Source: Octopus vulgaris (Eukaryota). From it: 64,000 bases of DNA. Below, one piece after another: positions 55,480 through 64,000 of the stretch. A model generated the notes under the pieces. It was not told the DNA's origin. It saw nothing but the letters and a program-made list of their open reading frames with translations, and did no database searches. Location: assembly GCA_951406725.2 (NCBI GenBank), contig OX597820.1, forward strand, positions 41,664,001 to 41,728,000. The letters run 5' to 3'. A program made the translations under genes and the position numbers. How positions within the stretch are numbered: the stretch's first letter is position 1; each line of letters begins with the position of its first letter.

Positions 55480-55620
55480 GCCCATTTTTGCCAGCTGAGT
55501 GGACTGGGTCAGTGTGAAAGTGCTTAGCTCAAGAACACAACGCGTCACACGGTCCAAGAATTGAAACCACAATTTTACGATCATGAATCCAACACCCTGA
55601 CTATCAAACCGTGCACCTAC
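55480..55620 (-). mobile_element. SINE family C, 5' part
   Basis: CATTTTTGCCAGCTGAGTGGACTGG...GCTCAAGAACACAACGCGTC...TTACGATCATGA. Confidence 0.8.
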
Positions 55621-55978
55621 ATGCAAATTAGAAGAGTTGAACAGAAGCCTTGAAATATTCATTTACCGTTTCATGTAACTCTCTCCATCAATCACTCTCT
55701 TTCTGTCTTTAACTTTCTTCACACACATTCACCCCACCTCTCAGTCATACACACACAAACCGCACACATTAAACTACGGAGTTATTCAAATGCAGGATGC
55801 TAGAGGTTTCATAAATGAAGCCCACCCTACCTAGGTGTATTGAGAAGATCTGCATTCTTCAGATCTAAGAAGTGTGTGACATTTTTATAAAGTTACACAC
55901 GTTCTGTTACTCACACGAAACCGCTGGTAACTCGCATAAGAATGAATTATTTTGTTACAGGCATTAATAAACATGCAA

Positions 55979-56043
<65 letters not shown>

Positions 56044-56509
56044 TGTGTGTGCTGGCTTTTGAATATGTCTCAGACCGCGGTTTCGTTTGATTGGAAATAC
56101 ACGCCAGAAAGTTGTAAGGTAAGAGGCTAATATATTCCTGTTTAAACTCATATAACTTAGTATGAAAATCTCTATTTTGTGTTATTTATTTTACTGTATT
56201 GTTTTCTTTTTCTTACTTTGAGTATCTCCACTGTCACCGCTTCATTAATGCACTCCATATTTGGTCATTTTAGTACTTTTAAAAACTGAAATCTGCCGAA
56301 TACATTTATTATCTGTATATAATGAACATATTTGCTATTTATAGAAGAGTGTCTTGTTTTAATCTGTCATGAAATGCTCCGAACTGTGTTCTGTTCGTTT
56401 TCTGACAGTACAATTAAAATGTGTGTGTGTGTGTGTGTATGTAGGTGTGTTTGTATGTATGTATGTATGTATGTATGTATGTATGTATGTATGCATGCAT
56501 GTATGTAAT

Positions 56510-56893
56510 CATTGTCAGGTCACTTTCGAGTGCTACTGGTAACATGTAACTCAGTACAACTTGTTGCATGGTCGGGTCGTCGGCGACTAAACCGGCGACT
56601 AAACCGGCTTGCTTGGTGAGGAGGGTGTTTATTGGACACCCTGCGGGATGAAAAACAAAACAGGTCAAAGGGCGGAGGAACTCTTGAGAGTCAACGGCCA
56701 TCCAATAAATGTCTTAAGGCTGTATCATGTGCGGGGACATAGAAATAATCGAACTGAATGCCCGATCGCTCGGTTAAACCATTGAGAGTGAGGAACTCCT
56801 AGCCGTTGTTAGGGCATTCTTCTAGGAGAAGGTAACTCAGGTAACTGGGATAACTCCGACATAAAACCTGCGGCTCAGTCGTTACCGATGATG
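56510..56893 (+). mobile_element. Non-autonomous RTE-like element (5'UTR-derived), structured RNA
   Basis: GC-rich island with CTAGGAGAAGG.AACTC...AAACC (as recalled for RTE-clade 5' UTRs), a GATGATG end, an internal 12-bp tandem repeat and several helices. Confidence 0.55.
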
Positions 56894-58244
56894 TTGACTT
56901 GTTCTTCTTTTCGGATTATGGCAGCTGTTGCTTAGTGAGTGGAATTGATTCAGCACACAGCATTTCCTCACTTTAAAAAAAATCTTGCACAGGCATTGCA
57001 CGATAACAACGTTGATTAAGCTTCGTGCAATGGCCATACTCGATAACGAGGAGGCAGCCACCATGTATGTACATATGTATGTCTGTGTGTATATTTATCT
57101 ATATGAGTGATAGATGATGCAGTGTCGCTTATGTACCTAATAGAAGCCCAGAAACAGGTATTGAATAATGGAATAAAGATCTATTCTCTCACTTTACGAC
57201 ATTTATGTGGCCGGTTTATTTCTAACTACATGCATGTGTGTGTGTGTATATATATATATATAGAAATGTCTGAGAGTATGTCTCTAAATATTATAGAAAA
57301 AAAAACAAGGTCAATGTTCTGTAATTTACAAAGGCATACACATAACTGCACACGTGATACATGCATAAATATATGAGCATCTACTTCCACATGTTTGGCG
57401 AACATGATATTACCTAGTGTTGGAAGTCTTCATTCGTGTGGACCCTTGAGCTTTATGCACGCACACACACACACACACACAAACACACAAACACACACAT
57501 ATCTGTGTGTGTGCGTGTGTGTGTGTCTGCATTTACTTCTGTGTGTATTTATTTGTGTATGTGTGTATGCATATACGCATGTAAATATGAATATGTAATT
57601 ATCAAATTATGCATGTCACTCTCTCATTAATTCTCTCTCTTTTAGTTCCCAAACTCGCATGCATTCATATGCGTGTATATATATATATATGCAAAATACA
57701 CATATTTTAAAAATGTCTATTGCGTACGAAACCTTTTCTTTTTTTCCTATCTATAATACCGAGCAATTTATTTGAAACATTTATGCACCAACTATTTGCT
57801 ACATTCATTCTATAATGAAACAGAACTCATATATAAGTCAGCAACTCAATGGAGAATTGCACCTCTCTAGCTCTAAATATAAACTTCCAACTGTTATTTA
57901 TAAGAGACATTTGTAGAATTGTATTTCATCAATGTGATGTTCGTTTACATGCTATTTCGCCCCTAAAATTTATGCTAAAACGAATTTGCGTATCGGTCTT
58001 AAATAAGAGTTTTACGGTCACCCGATTTACACACACACGCGCGCGCGAAACTTATTTTGCGCTTCTAACTGATGAACTATCGAACAACCTTTTAGAAGGT
58101 GTTATTTAATGAATGGCTATAGAATCACCCGTCCAATACACAAACATATATATATGTACAGAACTAGACATATTGATATAATTATATATATGCATAAAAT
58201 ATAAATATATGTACATACATAAATATGTAGATAAGTACGCATGT

Positions 58245-58308
58245 TTGTATACAATACATACATATTGTATACAATACATACATATTGTATACAATACATA
58301 CATATTGT
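58245..58308. repeat. 20-bp minisatellite x3 with a palindromic core (TTGTATACAA)
   Basis: TTGTATACAATACATACATA repeated three times. Confidence 0.92.
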
Positions 58309-59815
58309 GTGTGTGCATTTTATTTCCCTACTTTTCACTTTACCTTTTTTTCATTTCGGCCCTTGTATTTTGACGTACATCTGACTTTTCATCTATTTCG
58401 TTTTCTTTCACATATTTCCTTTTTCTTGCACTCTCACACCCTCTGTCTCTCTGATATCTATATGTCTCCATATTTTGTCACCTTAAATTTTCTTGGCAAT
58501 TTGTGTTTCATTTGTATATTGTATTTTTTCTTTGACGGTGATGGTGGTGGTGTTTTTTTTTCGTGGGGGGGGGGATTACTTTCATCTCTTTCCATTCTTT
58601 ATTCCTTTTTACACTCAGTAATGTTTTACATTTTTTCTGTTTATCCCACTTCTATACATACATGCACACATATGCAAGACGCACACCTTCACATGCATAT
58701 GCACACACTCAACACTAGAGAATCACACAAATCTGAACATACAAACTGGTACAATTCGTCTAAATGTACCTGTCTAAGCTTGCGGTTTCTAATCATATAT
58801 AAGATTTTATTCGTGTAATAAACCTTTAATATTAAAAAAAGCAAACAAACAAATATATAAATAAATGAAAATATACAACAAAAAAGCAAGTAATAATACC
58901 CTTCTCAAAAAAAATAAAAAATAAACGAAACATAAAGATTCCTATTACTCATTTTGCATGCACGTTTGTGCGTCGCTTGAGACCACGGCAACCATATTGC
59001 TTCAGCGCGTCATAACACGAGATTTCAGTGTGATTGCCTGTCTGCCGATACTAAGCCATCCACACTAGCTAGCTATGCCTTGTCTTCTAATCATATCGTA
59101 TGCGATGTGATTTGATTTGGGCCGTTGTCCGTCTGCTCTCTCCCTCTCTCTTCCTCTCGCTCTCTCTCTCTCTCATAGACCTCGTCCCTGCTTGCTTAAC
59201 ATCTCGATTTTTTTCATCATCACCATCATTGCTATCAACGCCATCGTTGTAGAGGTCGGAAGTGGTAGAGCGGAAGTAAAGTTAACCCCTCATATTTAAT
59301 GGACGTTTGAATATTAAAAACAGTAAGCGAGAGCAGCATACGTCGAGAGATAGAGAAAGAGAGGGGAAGGGAGAGATAAAGAGAGAGTGGGAGATGGTAA
59401 TATGAAAGATGAAAAGATACAAAAAAGTTGACAAATAAAGGAAAATGAGGGGGAAGACAGACAGTAAAAAATATAATGAAAATTAGTAGAAAATAGAAAA
59501 AATATGAAAGCAAACAAACAAAAATCAAGGCAAACTGTAGCGAAAACAAATGTAATAGAAAATATAAATGAATTAATGAAATAGGGACGGTGATGATGTT
59601 GGCAGTGGCTCTGTTGTGGGAGTGGTGACGTATGGCGAGTGACGAAATGGGTAAATAAAATTATGTATATGTTAATAGCCGGGAATGGCCAAGTGTAAAT
59701 TTGTGAAGCTTGGAGTGACAAATGCACGTTAATAGATGAAGGAAGGATAACATAAAGGGAAATAGAGAAAGCGACAAACATAGACGGTATTTTAGACAGA
59801 GATAGAGTAGAAAGT

Positions 59816-59846
<31 letters not shown>

Positions 59847-59919
59847 GGGGAGAAGGAGGGCACAGGTGAAAAGTTAATTGAAGCAAAATATACATAAACA
59901 CATAAGTACGTGTCTCATT

Positions 59920-60409
59920 TGCTTAATGAAGTCCAGCATGCTTCCAGACCAAATGGTTTCGTGTTCAGTTCCACTACATGGTACCTTGAACAATTGTCTT
60001 CTACTATAGTCTCGGATTCACTAAAACCTTGCGAGGGGATTTGGTTGACGGAAACTGAAACAAAGACCATTGTGCGAAGGATTATATATGCGAGGGATTA
60101 TTATATATATATAAGGTAATCTTAACATCCAACTGAACGTGGATGTGTTCTTAGAGCACCGAATTTTGCGTCATTAACCTCGAGTCTTCTGCTTTAGCCT
60201 CGAGTTGACCAAAGCCTTCGGAGTGGATTTGGTTGACGAAAATTGAAACAAGTCCATTGTGTGTTTGTGTGTGTATGTGTGTGCGCGTATACACATATAT
60301 ACACGCACACAGTGTCTGTCCTCTATCACTGACTGACTGCCGGTGTTTTGGTGTGTTTATATTTCCGTAACTTAGTGGCTCGGCAAAAGAGACCGACAGA
60401 TTAGAACTA

Positions 60410-60466
<57 letters not shown>

Positions 60467-60577
60467 ATCTTTACACCGAATTTTGCGTCACTAACCTTGA
60501 GATTTTTGCTTTAGCCTCGAGTTGATCAAAGCCTTCGGAATGGATTTGGTGGACGGAAACTAAAACAAGACCATTAT
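59920..60577 (+). mobile_element. Compound family A SINE with locally duplicated middle domain
   Basis: GGATTTGGT.GACG.AAA.T.AAACAA occurs three times; the unit ATAAGGTAATCTT...CACCGAATTTTGCGTCA...GCTTTAGCCTCGAGTTGA occurs twice. Confidence 0.8.
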
Positions 60578-60989
60578 ATGTGTGGGTGTGGGGTACATGC
60601 TCTTGTTGCATAAAAGCACACAAAAAGATTTTAGTAGATGAGAATCTTCTGTCAGGGACACCGGAACTTCTATATCATCTAATTTTATTCCACTAGAAAT
60701 CATCAGTGGGTGGCCAATTACGCGCGCGCACCAAAATACACAGAAACACAAATGTATAAGTTAAGTGTAACTGTTGGCTAAAATGCTTCTAAATACTTCT
60801 AAAGCATAACGTTGCAATCTGGTATATTATATTTTTGTAGATCAGGTGGTATATTGTATTATTATTGTTGCCTCCTGATACTTAAGCTTGACCGCGATGA
60901 AATAAAGGATCAGCTGATTACAGGGATTGATATAATCGAATAACCCCCTCACTCAAAAAGCTAACATTGTCACTAAAATAGAAATTAAA

Positions 60990-61187
60990 GATGCTAGCTA
61001 GCAGAGACGAAGTTAGCACGTAGTTGTGAGTTCAAATTCCGCCGAGGTCGACTTTGCCTTTCATCCTTTCGGGGTCGATTAAATAAGTACCAGTTTCGCA
61101 CTGGGGTCGATGTAATCGACTAAAATCCGTTTGTCTGTCCTTGTTTGTCCTCTCTGTGTTTAGCCCCCTTGTTGGTTGTAAAGAAAT
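60990..61187 (+). mobile_element. SINE family B (B1 tail) with a deletion in the head, followed by a duplicate of its 5' end
   Basis: Full Meta-type domain and B1 tail; 60983-61059 is repeated at ~61200-61273. Confidence 0.9.
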
Positions 61188-62313
61188 AAATTAGAAATTA
61201 ATTAAAGATGCTAGCTAGCAGAGACGTTAGCACGTAGTTGTGAGTTCAAATTCCGCCGAAGTTAACTTTGCCTGAATGCTTGTCTATGTGAGTAGAGCAA
61301 CATTGATACTTTCTACAATGTTTGGGATTTTACAGACAGAATGAATTCTCTCATGTAACATGTTAGTCTTTTTTTTTTAAAGTATATAAGTGTGCAGTTA
61401 CTGGGACAAAATGTGTTTCTCACTCTTCAGTCTTTACGAATTGCTAGGAACATTTCTGTTACATATACGTAGTTACACTTTATTATAAATAACGATAATT
61501 ATTACTTTGATTTTGTTTTTATCTTCAGCTAAATAGAACGTAAAAGAGTTATTGATACCCAGATATATAAATGTATAAAAAAGACCACAGCAAATTTTTT
61601 TCATTGACAAGATATAGATGTATTATAGACGCAAATCACCAAGAAATAATCACATGATTTACAGAAAACGTACCAATAAATTCGAAAATGTATACATAGA
61701 GTGGGGAGGCTTATTTTAATGTAAATGTGTAGGGCATCATATCTGTGCAAGGAGAATATATAAAAATAAGAAGTTTTTAAAATAAGAAGGCCAGAATGGG
61801 ATAAGAAATGTTGTAGAAGTGTCCAGTGGTTCTCTCGAGAATCGAAGATAATTACCATTGCATGTTAGTAAGATATTAAATATTTAGATAAATGACGACA
61901 GGACGCCATCGACTTCGATCTTTTATTTAAACCATGCAGATTTTGAAATAAAATGAAAAACTTGTGGATTAAGCACAAACTACAAGCAAGCTCGAACGAA
62001 AGAATTCCAAGTTATATCGTGGAATGTGTTCAAAAATAAACAATTTTATTTTAGTAGAGACAGGACTAAATTCTTTAAAAGCTAAATATACAGAGATAAA
62101 TCAGCTGAAAATTTGGAAGTAGAAGCTTTGCTACCTCAGTGCATCGTATTTCCATCTTGCCTTTTTGTACGGTAAATTAATTCTTTGAAGAGGCAATTAA
62201 TTCCCACTGACAGAACAATAGTTTGAAACAATGAGCATGTTGATAGGCCTTAAAGTTATAAAGTTTTTCCGAATTTTCTAAAACAACATATACATGTATG
62301 TGAGTATAATATA

Positions 62314-62568
62314 TTCTTTTATTCTTTTACACGTTTCAGTCATTTGGCTGCGGTCACGCTGAAGCACCACCTTGAAGGGTTTTAGTCGAAGAAATCGACC
62401 CAAGGACTTATTATTTGTAAGCCTAGTATTTATTCTATCTGTCTCTTTTGCCGAACTGCTAAGGTACGAGGTGGTTAACACACCAACATCAGTTGTCAAG
62501 CGATGGCAACAAACACAGACACAAAGACACATACACACATAAATATACACACATATGTATATATGTAC

Positions 62569-62628
<60 letters not shown>

Positions 62629-62647
62629 TTATATGTATATGTATATG

Positions 62648-62697
<50 letters not shown>

Positions 62698-62857
62698 CGG
62701 GCTTCTTTCAGTTTCCGTCCGTCAAATTCATTCACAGGGCTCTAGTCTGCCCGAGGCTATAGTAGAACACACTTGCTTAAAGTGCCACGCGGTGACACTG
62801 AACCCGAAATCATTTGTTTGGGAAGCAAGCTACTTAACATGCAACCATGCCTGCGCC
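62314..62857 (-). mobile_element. SINE family A, full length, with expanded internal (TA)n
   Basis: Tail TTCTTTTACACGTTTCAGTCATTTG to head CCATGCCTGCGCC. Confidence 0.9.
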
Positions 62858-63724
62858 TCTATCTGTGTGTGTGTATGTGTATCTGTATATATATGCTTGT
62901 GTGTTTTACACACACATACATCCTATACATATGCATATAAACACGGCAGGTTTCAGTTTCGGTCTACATAATACATTTTTAAATACACTGTCTGTATGTA
63001 TATGCAAAAATTACTTTTCATAAAACGTAGTGTTTTAAGAGCATATCTACGAATCTAGTGTGAGTCTATACGTATTAGAATACAGCACCTTTAGTGTATG
63101 TATATGTAGTATTTTAATTTCATAAATTTCCTCAGGCGTATGTCCATATGCAAATGCATGTGTGTAAATGTGTATGTGTTAGTGTATGTATATATATATT
63201 TAATATCCCTCTACTATCACAACTACTCCATATTTGCCACGTTTCACACACTGGACCTCTTCCTACTTAGCACTCCCTTCTCTCACCTCATCTTTGGTTG
63301 TAATAGAAATTAATGTTGAAATAACTGTATCGTGTCCTCTTCTAACTGCCAACCTTTACTCTCCTTTCACACCAGCACGGTCAACCCTCAGCATATCACG
63401 CTCACTCCTTACCATTCCCATCCACTATCGTCTGTCCCCGCGTCATTCCTCTTTTCCCTAATTTCCGCCATTGCTACACAGATATTTACTCACGTACACA
63501 CGCTCAGATATGCATACACATGCTTATAAATATAAAAATACACACGCGCACGCACATGTCTCTTTTACTCTCTCAATTCTGGAAACACAGACAGAAATGT
63601 GGTGACTTAGGATGGCCCACCATATACTAGTTTGGTAGTCCTATATTCAATTGTATTTGCTTCCGTCTGTGTCTCGCGTTAGCTCTAATAATATTTTCCC
63701 CTTATCTTGTTTATTACGTAAATT

Positions 63725-63990
63725 ATTTATGTCTTCATGATCATCAACACGATCATAATCATGATCAACATTGTCGTCTCGTCGTCATCACTATCTTCAC
63801 CATCATCATTACCAGAGCCACCACCACCAACAGCAACAACCACCACCACCACCACCACCACCACCACCACCACCATCCCCACCACAACCACCACCACCAC
63901 CACCACCACAAAGCAACAGCAACAACATCAACGCCTCCGCCGATACCTCAAGCGTCAACACTGTCAACACTCCGACATCATCATCATAAT
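63725..63990. repeat. (CAT)n/(CAC)n/(CAA)n triplet mosaic
   Basis: Directly visible. Confidence 0.9.
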
Positions 63991-64000
63991 TGTCGCTGTT

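Noticed and set aside
58245-58308. Palindromic direct repeats as a CRISPR-like array
   Set aside because: The units are identical with no unique spacers; eukaryotic context and no cas genes.

Overview
AT-rich, microsatellite-dense animal DNA that is almost entirely non-coding. The SINE families and repeat landscape look like an octopus (coleoid cephalopod) genome; that assignment is an inference from pattern recognition. No protein-coding gene can be called with confidence: the supplied ORFs are mostly translations of (TA)n/(CA)n/(GA)n/triplet repeats or SINE sequence. The window holds about 40 copies or fragments of four tRNA-headed SINE families (called A-D here), two TIR MITEs (one hAT-like, one GG-ended with an 8-bp TSD and internal CCCTAA repeats), decayed LINE fragments (CR1/Jockey-like, L1/Tx1-like) and a structured RTE-like non-autonomous element. 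It also holds three Penelope-like relics with hammerhead ribozyme motifs. The most striking item is at 41170-41519: a tRNA-like head, an (AAT)n spacer and a minimal type I hammerhead, with an inverted 80-bp copy of its 3' end. This suggests a SINE-like element that carries a ribozyme and is mobilised by Penelope-like elements. A few unique-sequence islands have splice signals (a 9-nt and a 27-nt candidate microexon on the minus strand) or homeodomain-type motifs, so the window may be a large intron or regulatory region of an unidentified gene.
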